DNA from: Octopus vulgaris
Lineage: Eukaryota
Assembly: GCA_951406725.2 (NCBI GenBank)
Contig: OX597816.1
Span: 170,438,001-170,502,000 of the forward strand
Direction of reading: 5' to 3'
DNA: 64,000 bases
Shown piece after piece: positions 1 through 12,229 of this stretch (the stretch's first letter is position 1; every line of letters begins with the position of its first letter). The position numbers and the translations under genes were made by a program. The notes beneath the pieces were generated by a model. It worked only from the letters and a program-made list of their open reading frames with translations, was not told the origin of the DNA and ran no database searches.

Positions 1-609
1 AAAGTAAAATGCAAAAGCTTTGTTGTGTTAAGTACTAGTTGTCACAAAATATTACAATACGTATATACATTATTTGATAATAATAAGAAAATGTTAAAAA
101 CAGTTTACAGGAAAAATCTTGGGAAAATATTAAAAAGTTCGTTAAAAATATTAGGATTTCATTAAAAATCATGTTTTTTTGGGAAGTACCTATATATATA
201 CACAGAAAATTATAAGTTCAAAAAGGTCATATTTTGGTGGTATATATATACACAGAAGGAGATATATTTAGGAGTTTACAAAGAATTTGAGATGATCTGA
301 CCTGTTTCACCATTTTCTCGTAAAAGGCTATTTACTATTTTAAGGGACAGTGAGGGAGGCTGGTATATTTGGTATATCCTACCAAATATTAAACACACAC
401 AGACACAGTTACATACACCGCAATAAACCCTGGGACCAATCAAAAACGGCCCACACACACAAACACAAACACATGTATATACACGCACACAGAGACATGC
501 ACGCTCACACCATTCTGACCTCAAAGACCAGTCCCCCAAACCACTGAACCTTGAAAGAGAAACAAAAAAAATCCTTTCAGTTCCACATTGCTCTTCCTTC
601 TCCCCACTC

Positions 610-1175
610 AAACCAACTTCAGAAAGTCGGTGCATTCGACGGAACAACTGCGCCGTCATTTTTCTTCGGGCGCCAGTCCTTTGCCGATCTTTATATTGAC
701 CAGTCTCCGAGTATAACTTCCACGTTTGCACGCAAGCCATTTTACTGCACTTTAGTTGCTTGCTGATGTTCAAAAAGGAAACTTTTTGCTGGTGGAGTAA
801 TACGATTTTAGCTTTCGTGACTGGACTGAGGCTACATTGTTTTCCCATTATTAATCAATTGTATAATAACGTTAAATTATAAAACTATATAGGAAAGTGA
901 GGCTAGTTATGTGACCAACCATTTTCGCAAAAAAATTTGCATACCTATTACATGGTCTTAAACTAATTTTGCCGGTAAATTTGAAACGTTTATATTAATA
1001 TCGCATTAGAATTTTTCAAGTTGAATAAAATATAGTTATTGTCTGCATCATTCGAAAGAGGAATAAATTCTGCATAAGGTGTAAAAGATAAAGATAAATT
1101 GTATTGTGCTAGTAACAAAATATTTTGTGGCAAATAGAACTTTTATCATGGGTCTTAAATTTATTTTCGCCAGTG
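610..1175 (-). mobile_element. Tc1-family DNA transposon, left-end fragment (IR/DR-type TIR plus transposase N-terminus)
   Basis: ORF from 848 reads MGKQCSLSPVTKAKIVLLHQQKVSFLNISKQLKCSK...KDRQRTGARRKMT, typical of a Tc1 paired-like HTH plus a GRPR-like linker. The minus-strand terminus is TA|CACTGGCGAAAATAAATTTAAGACCCATG at 1175, with an inner repeat at 951-975. The DDE region is absent. Confidence 0.8.
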
Positions 1176-1204
1176 TAGATAGGTACACAGGTAATATAAG
1201 CATA

Positions 1205-1245
1205 TGGACACATACATACATACATACAAATGTACACACATGCAT

Positions 1246-1308
<63 letters not shown>

Positions 1309-1360
1309 CATACACACATACATACATGCATACATACGTACATATATATACATGCATACA

Positions 1361-1391
<31 letters not shown>

Positions 1392-1395
1392 GTGT
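1205..1395. repeat. Compound (TACA)n/(TA)n/(TG)n microsatellite
   Basis: Seen directly. Confidence 0.95.
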
Positions 1396-1723
1396 ATGCG
1401 CACGCACAATGACGCACACGCACAATGACGCACACGCACGCGTACAAATAAAGAACGCAATTCCGATAACAGACAGAATCAATGACTATTGAAAATGTTG
1501 CAAGCCACAACGAAAATTTTAGTAAAAAATAATAACTATATGAGTGGAAATCACACCGGTGAGTGTGTTAAATTAATAAAGCACGAAAAGAGAATGAATC
1601 TCCCTAGACACAATAAGATAATATATGTATGTATGCATGTATGTATGAATGTATGTATGTATGTATGCATGTATGTAAGCATGTATGTATGAATGTATGT
1701 AAGCATGTAAGCATGTATGTATG

Positions 1724-1862
1724 TGTTGTGTCTTGCTCGACCCTGATATGTTCTGCATTATAACGACGTACTTTGTCGTCTGTGTGACTGGCCCGAACGG
1801 TGTACTTCGCTATTTGTAGAGGAACAGCCCACTTCTCCCATTCGGGGGTATCCTCCACAACA
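1724..1862. mobile_element. Possible short solo LTR or MITE
   Basis: 139-bp non-simple island between microsatellites, bounded by TGTTGTG...CACAACA. No matching TSD. Confidence 0.4.
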
Positions 1863-1992
1863 CACACACACACACACACACGCACACATATATATATATA
1901 TGAATGTCCTTGTAGTTGTCACTTTTCCGCTGCCTTCCTTTTTTTTTTCAAGTTCTGTGAATGGCAAATTACTATTTATTATTTCTTTATTA

Positions 1993-2222
1993 TTTTTTTA
2001 CTGCCCGCAATGGGCTACACACAAAGGGGACAAACAAGGACAGACAAACGGATTAAGTCGATTACATCGACCCCAGTACGTAAACTGGTACTTAAGTTAT
2101 CGACCCCGAAAGGATGAAAGGCAAAGTCGACCTCGGCGGAATTTGAACTCAGAATGTAACGGCGGACGAAATACCGGTAAGCATTTCGCCCGGCGTGCTA
2201 GCGGTTTAGCCAGCTCGCCGCC
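1993..2222 (-). mobile_element. tRNA-derived SINE family A, first monomer
   Basis: Minus-strand head GGCGGCGAGCTGGC, B-box GAGTTCAAATTCC, core GACTTTGCCTTTCATCCTTTCGGGGTCGAT. Matches other copies in the window. Confidence 0.9.
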
Positions 2223-2899
2223 TTCCAAATTAGTATTCATGATCAGGAACTTATCTCGTTTTGTTTATTGTATTTTTGTTTGGTTTTAGTCTCTCACTCT
2301 CACTCTCTCTTTCTCTTTCTCTCTCTCTCTCTCTCATCCTCTTTTCTCTTTCTATATATGTTTATATGTATCACATGCCGTTGCTCCAAAACAGAAATAA
2401 ATAAACAGAGAAATAACTTTCAAATATTTCATAAATGTTAAAGATTTATTAGAAAATCGAAGATCGTAAAACATAGAAATGTGAATATACGTAATGAAAA
2501 GAATTTAGCGATTGTTGCAATAATATTTCATCATTCCCAGTAAACCATGTTAAAATGATACAGTTCAGTAGTTACAATGACAAAAGTCAGCTGAAGTTAT
2601 TGAAATAGTTAAGCGGTGCTTGTAATCTTACGGCTCAGGAGAAGTATTGTTACAGTTATTCAGATGAGTGTTCACTGTGACTAGATAATGTAAATAGTTG
2701 AACAGAAATTTGAGTGATGGCAATAGTGGACATATCTATCGATTACAATGAAAGACTTCTGTTACGGTTGTAATGGTATATTGTTATATGTCGGGATGGT
2801 AAATTGTTTTGCCAAATAACTACACGCTCTATATACTCATTCTTAACTTATTATTCCATTCCACGTATCTCCTCCTGTCTTGTTTAAGGAAAGGACGAG

Positions 2900-3780
2900 A
2901 CACGTTAGATGAAGAATCGCCGAAAATGTATGTTTCTCGTAGACTTGAAGAAGATAGTAACATTGACGTGAAGGGTATCTTCTCTTGGACTCGTGACCGT
3001 TACATCACATCATATGCATTTTCAATTCAAGAACAAGAGATTGCTACTATATCAACAAAAGAGACAGTGAAACCCTCGGAGTTCCAAGATGCAATCATAA
3101 ATGTAGATTATGACATATTTATGTGGAAGACTTATGATTAGCAGCTGCGCCAAAATTACATCAACTTATTACCTACCAATGCGACATGACGTTGTTGCAA
3201 ATACAATATACAATGCATTTCTAAAAAAGACTGTCCCGGAATAGACATAGAGAATCTTCCTCTTATTGAATACATACACAAATGCCAACACAAGGAATAC
3301 TGGTGGAACATTCCCATCAAAATAGCTGTCAAGTGTAAGTATAACAGGCCAAATACAGTTGTTTGGGACAGACAAGAAAATGTATGTACCGTCATAGAGG
3401 TCATCTGTCCTGCTGATGTGAATATCTCTTCGAAAATGGAAGGGAAGATAACTATGGACAACTTCTTCGAAACCTCCTGTATCTATATCCAGGTTACAAA
3501 TTTACAATTATACCAATAATATTTGGAGCAATTGGTTTTGTAGATAAATGCTTAACTGTCAATCTGGATGAGTTTGTATTTTCAGTTAAACAAATCAACC
3601 AACTTATTCGCATATTACAAGTACAATCTGTATGCAAAAATATGCAAGACTTTTCTCGGGTTGAAATGTGACATTGTTTTCGTTATCTATATTCCAAAAA
3701 TCCTCTGGCGTAAAGTGTCTTTAGTTTGACCAACATATTATTCTCGACACCCTGAGCAAGCTGATACATATATTAGGTTT
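2900..3780 (+). mobile_element. Decayed RLE-type non-LTR retrotransposon, 3' part
   Basis: Across frames: FSIQEQEIAT, YLPMRHDVVAN (RHD motif), EYWWNIPIK...NRPNTVVWDRQENVCTVIEVICPAD (RLE). Frameshifted. Confidence 0.8.
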
Positions 3781-3799
3781 TCCGAAGCACATGTGAAAT

Positions 3800-4050
3800 T
3801 GGTTTTCACTGTAAAACGTTGACCCTATTTGAAGGAGAATTCCGATCCCTCAGGATGACGGTACATAGATCCCAGATTAAAATACGAGAATACAGAAAAA
3901 TACGATTAAGCAAGCGCATCGATATTTGCGCCACTAACGAACACCCCAATTTAAATTTGTTTCCCTCTATAAATTCAGGGACAATGCAACTTATAATCAG
4001 CGCATTAGCAAAGAAGCATATTTTATCGCAAAATATAAACCTATCTTGAA
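3800..4050 (+). mobile_element. PLE GIY-YIG endonuclease C-terminal remnant
   Basis: ORF 3819-4049 (LRMTVHRSQIK..RKIRLSKRIDICA..PNLNLFP) resembles the C-terminal half of PLE GIY-YIG domains. Confidence 0.55.
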
Positions 4051-4336
4051 TGCTTCCACCATAGATGAAACTACTACAGGAATTTTTCCAACCACCACTG
4101 CTACGACCACAACAGGTTACCTTTAGGTCATTTGACCATTAAAGAAGATTCCACGGTCACAGCAATCCTATATTTGTCTTTTCTTTCTTTTCTTCCTTCA
4201 TCTTCTCCTTCTCCTTTTTTTTTTCTTTTTCTTCTCCTCCTTCTTCTCCCTCAGCTGCTCCTGCTTAAACCATCAATACTCTAATCAAAACTATTCCCTC
4301 AGATTTACTACTACCTACCTTCCAAGAATTCACAAA

Positions 4337-4374
<38 letters not shown>

Positions 4375-5023
4375 AACAGACAGACTATTTGAAGACAATG
4401 GTAATATTTACCTATTTGAAGACTATGGAAATATATACAAAACATTTCATTTAATTTTTTGTCTCAAATTTAATTGTTATTCTTATTTTACTCTTACTTG
4501 AAAAAGTCTAAAAGTCGAAAACCGGTACTAAAATGTACTTCATGATAAAATTATTTTGGCATTTTCCACGTGTGTGCGTGTGTGTACGTACCCGACTGTG
4601 ACTGACTACACAGCATATAACGAACTTTGTCTCGAATTTACCGTTCATGTATGAAGAGTATATTTGACTTCAGACGTCCAACTTCTAACGAAGTTTTTGC
4701 ATCGCTCATCTGAGCTCAGTTCATGTAAGTATAAATATCACGAGATACAATATGTTATCTGCTTCAGATAATTGAGTCATTATATGATGTGTGACCGATT
4801 AACTTCTCTGTTTTTGTCCAAATCCTTTGACAATCTTCTGAAGAGGGTACATATGTACATATTATCGAAGCGAAAATTGTTCATTACCATTGGGAGAGCT
4901 AATTTGGAAATTCATAAGTTTTACGTATCACATTTCAAAATATGTACAATATTTCAAAATGACATTTGTATTACCAGTTAATAATTGACATATAGACATA
5001 TACGTACATATACATGAAACATA

Positions 5024-5067
<44 letters not shown>

Positions 5068-5071
5068 GATA

Positions 5072-5134
5072 CCCGAGGACAGTCTGTTTCTGGATTTGTG
5101 GGTAAAACGCCACTTTTCCTTCATCAGCTCAGAG
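5072..5134 (-). ncRNA. Type I hammerhead ribozyme
   Basis: Minus strand: TCTGAG-CTGATGA-AGGAaaaGTGGcgttttacCCACaaaTCCA-GAAA-CAGaCTG-TC-CTCGGG. Both core boxes, stems I-III and a GUC triplet are present. Confidence 0.8.
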
Positions 5135-5393
5135 ATTTCTTCTGATTTAGATTTGAAAATACTAAGAATCAAACATACCCGTCCGATATCTGTAACATCG
5201 GACAAACCATGCCAGACACCCAGTACTAGCGAATCCAACTTTTTACTTTACCATATTTTTATAAATTAATACTTCAAATATACCGTAAATGGTCTTTACA
5301 TACCGAATACTGCTTGGCCGAATTTATTAACAATTAATTAATTCTACCCCCTTTTTTGATGACAATATAATGCTTTATCTCCAAGAATTTGAA

Positions 5394-5568
5394 CTGCAGT
5401 TTTTACCTCTGTAGAAATGTAATGCTCTATGACTCACGTGGGTGGACAGGGAGAATAATAGATCTCATTCGTATTTTTTTCTGAGTTTCGGTGTGTCTGC
5501 AATTTTTACCTCTGTAGAAATGTAATGCTCTATGACTCACGTGGGTGGACAGGGAGAATAATAGATCT
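5394..5568. repeat. Near-perfect 72-bp direct duplication (period 103 bp)
   Basis: 5394-5465 and 5497-5568 differ at one base. Confidence 0.95.
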
Positions 5569-6624
5569 ATATATATATATAACATTGATATACAAAATTT
5601 ACATAAAATATATGATGTGAAGTATATAAAAATTTGTATAAAGAGCAAGCTATAAAAATTAGTGAGAAAAAGGCAGATATACACTAAATATATAATTACA
5701 CATTTATTGGATGGCCGTTGACTCTCAAGAGTTCCTCCGCCCTGTGACGGGTTCTATTTTTCATCCCGGAGGGTATCCAATAAACACCCTCCTCACCAAG
5801 CAAGCTTGGTGGTGTTGCCGGTTTAGTCGCCGATGGCCCGACCATGCAACAAGTTGTGCTGGATTACATGTACATATACATACATACATACATACATGCA
5901 TACATACATACATACATAAATGCATGTATACACACACACACACGCACGCACACACTCACACACACACACACACACACATTCAACAGATATGATCTAGAGA
6001 TTCACAATGTAGAAAGCACTTTGACACCAAGTGATTTGAGCTTACACACCGAAACCTTTACTGAGGACCACGTCTGCTGGGTAAAGAGTTTCTATAACAG
6101 GAATCTAAAATGAGATAAAGAGACAATGAAGCAAATAAAACCGCTTGGGCTAGATATATATAAAATATACATACATTTATTCATGTAGAGAGAAAGCAAA
6201 AGCTGAAAATTTTCAGATGAATATTCAAGTATAAATATATGGATATTTCTATATTAACAGAACAAAGATACATATAGCACAAAGACAGAAAATTAAAAGG
6301 GAGAAGTTATACAAGTACGACAGTTGTTTCTGGGGGATCGGAGTTCATAATATTGACAGATGTAGTTCACCAGATGCATGCAATCAATAATGGAAGCAAA
6401 TAAACATTGTATAGATCCAGCCTCTGCTTTCAGTATGGAGAGGCAAAAATTTAACAGTTTGGATCATGCTGCATGTATATTTAATGGTAGAATTGAAAGG
6501 CAAGCAGTAATGGAGAGAGGAAGTAGGTAGCTCGGTGAGAGTATGGGGAGTGTTGAAGCAAGGAACGGCTACAAGAGATAAGAGACTCAATGCAAGAAGA
6601 TAGACGGGATTGAATGATCAGGGT

Positions 6625-6900
6625 AAGTTAAGTTAAGTTAATTTTTTGGCTCAAAAAGCAAAAAGCAAGGCTATGTAGGGGGACATGGAGTTATGTACAG
6701 GGAGGGTGTTCATGCAAAGAGTTCAGGCCATTTGTGGTCAAGAGAGACTTTGAAACGAGCGGTCGTCGGCATCTTCACTATCTCGTCCGGCAGCTTATTC
6801 CACGGATCCGCAACCCGGACGGAGAAAGCCCCTCTCTTTCGATTGAGACGAAATCGTCGCAGATAGAGCTTTACGGAGTGACCCCGAAGCCGACGCTCTG
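6625..6900 (-). mobile_element. CR1-clade LINE, 5'-truncated 3' end
   Basis: Minus-strand translation RLRGHSVKLYLRRFRLNRKRGAFSVRVADPWNKLPDEIVKMPTTARFKVSLDHKW is a classic CR1 ORF2 C-terminus. (TAACT)n tail. GGGTA on both sides may be a TSD. Confidence 0.88.
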
Positions 6901-7309
6901 GGTACTGAGAGAGACAGTAGTAAAAGTAGAGGGTTGGGAGATAAGTGGGTGGGGTAGTATTTGAAGGGTGGTCATTGTTGTTGAGTTTGAGAAAAGGCGT
7001 TGAAAATTAGGGATAGTAGGGCTAAAGAAGTAAGGGAAATTCAGAGAATGAGAAAAGGGAGGGACAAGTATTAAGGGGAGGGAATGGGTTCTTTGGTAGA
7101 TGCTAGTAGGGTCGCGAAGGGGGAATTTGAAGAATGGGGGTGGACTGGCTGTGGAGGGAGTGTACTAAGGTATGTAGAGATGTATGAGACTAAGTAGGGG
7201 AGGTGGACAGAGTGAGAAAGAGGGGGATAGGTTGATAGAGAAGGCAGTAATAGGTTGTGCTGAGTGGTTTTGACTGAAGAGAGAAATCGAAGAATGGAGG
7301 TGCGTTGGT

Positions 7310-7668
7310 GGCTTAGCGGTATTTTGTCTGCCGTTCCGTTCTGAGTTCAAATTCCGCCGAGGTCGACTTTGCCTTTCATCCTTTCAGGGTCGATTAAATA
7401 AGTACCAGTTACGCACTGGGGTCGATGTAATCGACTTAATCCGTTTGTGTCCTTGTTTTTCCTCTCTGTGCTTAGCCCCTTGTGGGTAGTAAAAAGTAGG
7501 TATTTCGTCAGTTTTTACGTTCTGAGTTCAAATTCCACCGATGTCGACTTTGCCTTTCATTTTTTCGTGGTCGATAAATTAAGTTCCAGCTGCGTACAGG
7601 GGTCGATCTAATTGACTGCTCCCCTCGCTCCAAATTTCGTGTCTTGCTCCTTGAGTAGAAAAGGATAT
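7310..7668 (+). mobile_element. SINE family A, dimeric form, 5'-clipped
   Basis: Two GTTCTGAGTTCAAATTCC...GACTTTGCCTTTCAT units, colinear with 36056-36460. Confidence 0.9.
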
Positions 7669-8454
7669 ATTATAGTAGTTGATTGGGTTTATGGAAAGGT
7701 AATATACGTTTGCAGCTAAGTCAAGAGTAACGTCTAAGAAATTGTCAAGTTTGGTGTTACTTTCAAAATAAATATTTAGGTTATGATTTTTAAAGAATCT
7801 ATGGAGGGCTTCTCCAATGCACTCAACAGAAGGTCATGATAAACCAGTGGCTGGAGTGAATGCGTCATCCCTGTAGAGATCTCCGCAGAGGTTTGTAAGT
7901 GCTGTTTAATCTGAGAAAAGAAAGAAGAAGCCGATGTACCAAGGAAGCAATCTTAGTGCTATATTGAACAATGGGATGTTCAAAAGACAATAGAGTATGA
8001 CATGATGAGATTTGCAAGATACAGAAAAGGTACGATCTAACAGATAAAATAATGAATGAGCACGTAAGATTTATACCACAAACACTTAAATAACTTCCCG
8101 ACGTTAAGTGTAAAAATATTGTGTTTGTCTAAGCTCTCAAGTTGAGAGTTTACTGGTACATGAGATAGTAGGAGATTAGCTCTCATAAAATTGTACAGAT
8201 GATCTCTGTGGAATTAGAGGTAAGTAAGGTTGATAAAGGCTATCTAAATACTATTGTATACTATTGTATAGTGGTAACTTTATTGACATCAAAATATGTT
8301 TCCAAAGAAAATTCAATTATGTAGTAAGCTGCACGTAAATAATAGAGTTTACGCATTTTGAAATATACACTTACAGGATAAAGGACATAATGTGACGTAC
8401 CGTGGGTCGCACTTTTACATCACTATGCAGCACAGTTCACACGACGAAACGCTT

Positions 8455-8594
8455 GTGTGTATACATATATGTGTTTATGTATGAATGTGTGTATGTGTGT
8501 ATGTATGTATGTATGTATGTATGTATGTATGTATGTGTATGTATGTATGTATGTATGTATGTATGTATGTATGTATGTATATATATATATATAT

Positions 8595-8642
<48 letters not shown>

Positions 8643-8658
8643 GTATGTATATATACAT

Positions 8659-8700
<42 letters not shown>
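8455..8700. repeat. (ATGT)n/(TA)n microsatellite
   Basis: Seen directly. Confidence 0.95.
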
Positions 8701-9904
8701 CATACTCACAAATACACATATATTTGTATACTTTATGTACACGTGAGCGCTTACAGAGCTATGTATGTATATTTATTTAGAATTGTATGTGTTAACGTAT
8801 GTATGCACAAATGTAAAGTGATATAATTAATAATTCCACACACACTGTGGAGCTGTATAATCGAGCATAAGCTTGCAGCGAAGCGAATCTACGGTCCGCT
8901 TTTAGTGCCGTTTGGAGTTATTTTATTAACGCTAATGCCTTTGGGAACGGTTTAAAGCTAAACCTGATATCTTTCACGCTGAATTAATAAGACTGATCAT
9001 ACATTGGGCACATACTTCTCATCTTCAACCTTGAAATGATTGAATATATTTATCACACTGGTGCTTTCAATGAAATATTTATTTTTTTCACCGTATTGAT
9101 TTTGCATGCAGCAGTAAATGGAATTCTTTGCACATTATTCGCTCTAAGCAGATAAGTTTTATTGTTGCCGATAACTACAATTTATTGGTCAAAATTCTAT
9201 GTAACTTCAAGCTTCAGTTATAATAAATTGAAACTAACTACATTTAGAAGTTTCGTGGGTTAAAAAGCTTAATTACTGCGCAACTAAAAGTAATTTTTTA
9301 CTAGCATTCAGTTCAATTGATGAGCCAATGCTCATCACCAAAAAGTAAAATCAATACGTATTAATATGTCAATGATTTAAATAGTTTAAAGTCCAAATGT
9401 GTTTATGCTTCAGATTTTCATTAAAATATATTCTAAAGATAAACTGAAAAAGCTATTCATCCATTCTATCAGTGATTTTATTCGGTGATTTTCAGTAATG
9501 TTCACTTCGTCGTTATTTGAACTATTATATTTTTATGGATTTCAAGTTGGCTTGAGAAATTTCCCACAAAAAGTTTAGCAAAGGAATTGATCTAAAATAT
9601 TCTGAAATATTTTTCTTTATTTGATTAGAATTATTTACACTTCATCATGCATGATGCCACCAACTACTGTGATTGGTTTAAATAATCTGTTAAATAATTG
9701 TAGAAAATGTTGAAGATACGTCTTCTATTCAGAACTTCATAAAATTTCCAGGTATTTTTTTTTTGTTTCTTTCATATCTTTTTAGGACAGACGTTGATTT
9801 TGTTTTTATTAAAATGATTATGGAGGATTATATCCTTGATTAGAAATCCAAGTTTGTATAATTGGCCGAGGGTTCAGTGTTTCGAATCTTTCAGATTTTT
9901 CATA

Positions 9905-10004
9905 TGTTACAAACGCAGTCGGAGAGAGAGACAGACAGGAACGAACGCGGCCAGACAGAGACGAGTAGAGACGAACAGAGGCAGACAGGACAGAGAGACA
10001 AACA

Positions 10005-10073
<69 letters not shown>

Positions 10074-10078
10074 TAGAG

Positions 10079-10130
<52 letters not shown>

Positions 10131-10738
10131 TGATTGATAGACGGGCCGAGAGACACGGATAGCTGTAGCGAACTGGCAAGTTGATGTAGTGGAATACTGC
10201 GGCTAACCAGGTTGCCTTTGTTGCCGGTAAATGTTTTTATGTCTTAAAAGAAAATGAGCTTTGTGTTGTTAAACGTGTTTTTAAAAGAAAAGAAAGAGAA
10301 AAAGAACTTTGAGTTGTTAAGTGTGTTTTTAAAAGAAAGGAAAAGAAAAAGAAAAGAACTGGGTTAAATGATTGAAAAGAAAAAAAAAGAACTGCGTTGT
10401 TAAATGTTTTAGAAGAAAACGAACTTTGTGATGTTAAATGTTTGAAAAGAAAAAAAGAAAAGAACTTTGTGTTGTTAAATGTTAAATGTGTTTTTAAAGG
10501 AACGAAAGAAAAAAAAAGGAACTGTCGTTGTTAAATGTTTAAAAAAATTACTTTGACTACGCAACGTTTTGTGTTTCTTTTTGCGGCTCTCCTGGCTTCG
10601 TTTCACTGCTACATTTTTTCCGTGGTGGGTCTCTGATTTACTGAGCGTTGACGCACGCGAGTTCCTCTGGGCCAGCAAACTGCGGGCTGTTTGTGTATGA
10701 ACGGGTGCTGGTATCGGAGGGTCGAGTGCAGCGTAACA
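9905..10738. mobile_element. Solo LTR, probably Gypsy-type, with 4-bp TSD
   Basis: Termini TGTTAC (9905) and GTAACA (10738), flanked by CATA at 9901-9904 and 10739-10742. Contains (GA)n(GATA)n and a degenerate AAAGAACTTTGTGTTGTTAAATG array. Confidence 0.8.
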
Positions 10739-10864
10739 CATAGTAAAAACAACTCTCAAAAAGTCCAAGAACATTTAAACTTAAGTAACTCCTCCATGAC
10801 AGAAACACGTCACCAGTGGGAAAATTGTCGTCTTGGTGGGTTACTTACTCAACTTGCTGAGACA

Positions 10865-11074
10865 TACTCTTTACTCTTTTACTTGTTTCAGTCATTTGAC
10901 TGCGGCCATGCTGGAGCACCGCCTTTAGTCGAACAACTCGATCCCGAGATTTATTCTTTGTAAGCCTAGTACTTATTCTATCGGTCTCTGTTGCCGAACC
11001 GCTAAGTGACGGGGACGTAAACACACTAGCATCGGTTGTCAAGTGATGTTGGGGGGACAAACACAGACGCACAA

Positions 11075-11107
<33 letters not shown>

Positions 11108-11285
11108 CATATACATATATACGACGGGCTTCTTTCAGTTTCCGTTTACCAAATCCACTCACAAGGCTTTGGTCGGCCCAAGGCTATAGTAGAAGACACT
11201 TGCCCAAGGTGCCACGCAGTGGAACTGAACCCGGAACCATGTGGTTGGTAAGCAAGCTACTTACCACACAGCCACTCCTGCGCCT
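10865..11285 (-). mobile_element. tRNA-derived SINE family B, full length
   Basis: Head AGGCGCAGGAGTGGCTGTGTGGTAAG, B-box-like GGGTTCAGTTCC, CORE-like ACCTTGGGCAAGTG, internal microsatellite, (AAGAGTA)n tail. Confidence 0.92.
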
Positions 11286-12229
11286 ATGGTCAATTTTCTC
11301 AGTGGGAGTTGAACCTACCATTTCAAAATCTACTATGTTGTGTTTAAAATATCAAGTAAATTAGGAGTAAGAAACAAATATTGAAGTGGCAGTCGACAGA
11401 CATCCGTATCAATAAAAAGTTCTAAATAGCTAATGAATGAAAAACCACAAAAGCAAATAGAAGAAGAAAAAGAATAACGGTCTAGATTATGCGTTACCAA
11501 CTTCGTAAATCAGGAGTCCTAAAGGAGAACAAACGATATAGATATTCGTCGAAAATGATTTCAAGCATTCTCAGAACATTTCGTGGACTCTTTCGAAGAA
11601 CGCCGTTATATACTAGATAGTAGGATCTGTACTTTCATTAAATAATCGCCAAAGCAAATATGGAAATAAACATATTTTGACTAAACAGGTGAAACGCAAT
11701 TGCTTTTGTTCCTATTTTTATTGAATAGGATTTTACAGAAAAGAGAAAGTTTCATATGCAATAATCGGTCGTGACGAACGCCGATTTCCCTTGTGGGAGA
11801 AAGACAAGCTAGTATGGTGCATTTGCATTGAAAGTGAAGCAGGAGCGTAGGAGTAAAAGTTGTTCAGTAAACATTCATATGTGCTTCCAACAGTCTTATT
11901 CATTTAGTAGAAGTTAATCTGTAACTTAAAGCTGAAACGTACTCCAAAATCCCAATATTCCAATATCTTCGGATTAAATATTTGGTTATCTTGTATTACT
12001 AGGCATTTAATTTTCCTTTTGTTATAAGGAATCAGCACTTTTATTCTCGTGATACTATTGATGTTCTCTATATTTGCATTCTAAAGTAAAATAAATTGAT
12101 TTTACAGAAAAAAAAAGTATTTGTCATCGTATATGTAGCTGTTCGAAAGTATGTTGCAAACAAAGAGTATTTCAACAATATAATTGATAAATTAAGGCAT
12201 AATATCATTTATAATCATTACAGATTAAT

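Larger units (their letters stand above)
6130..8240 (-). mobile_element. Probable highly decayed PLE, interrupted by a CR1 and a SINE
   Basis: Degenerate hammerhead at 6315-6437 and a weak FHKP-like motif near 7690. No open frame. Confidence 0.3.

Noticed and set aside
1048-1967. Many ORFs rich in YI/CV/HT/MYVC, also at 8.4, 13.8, 38, 41-43, 58 and 63.5 kb
   Set aside because: Translations of di- and tetranucleotide microsatellites.
10250-10545. Spaced repeats superficially like a CRISPR array
   Set aside because: Degenerate units with A-rich non-unique spacers, eukaryotic context, no cas genes, and located inside a solo LTR.
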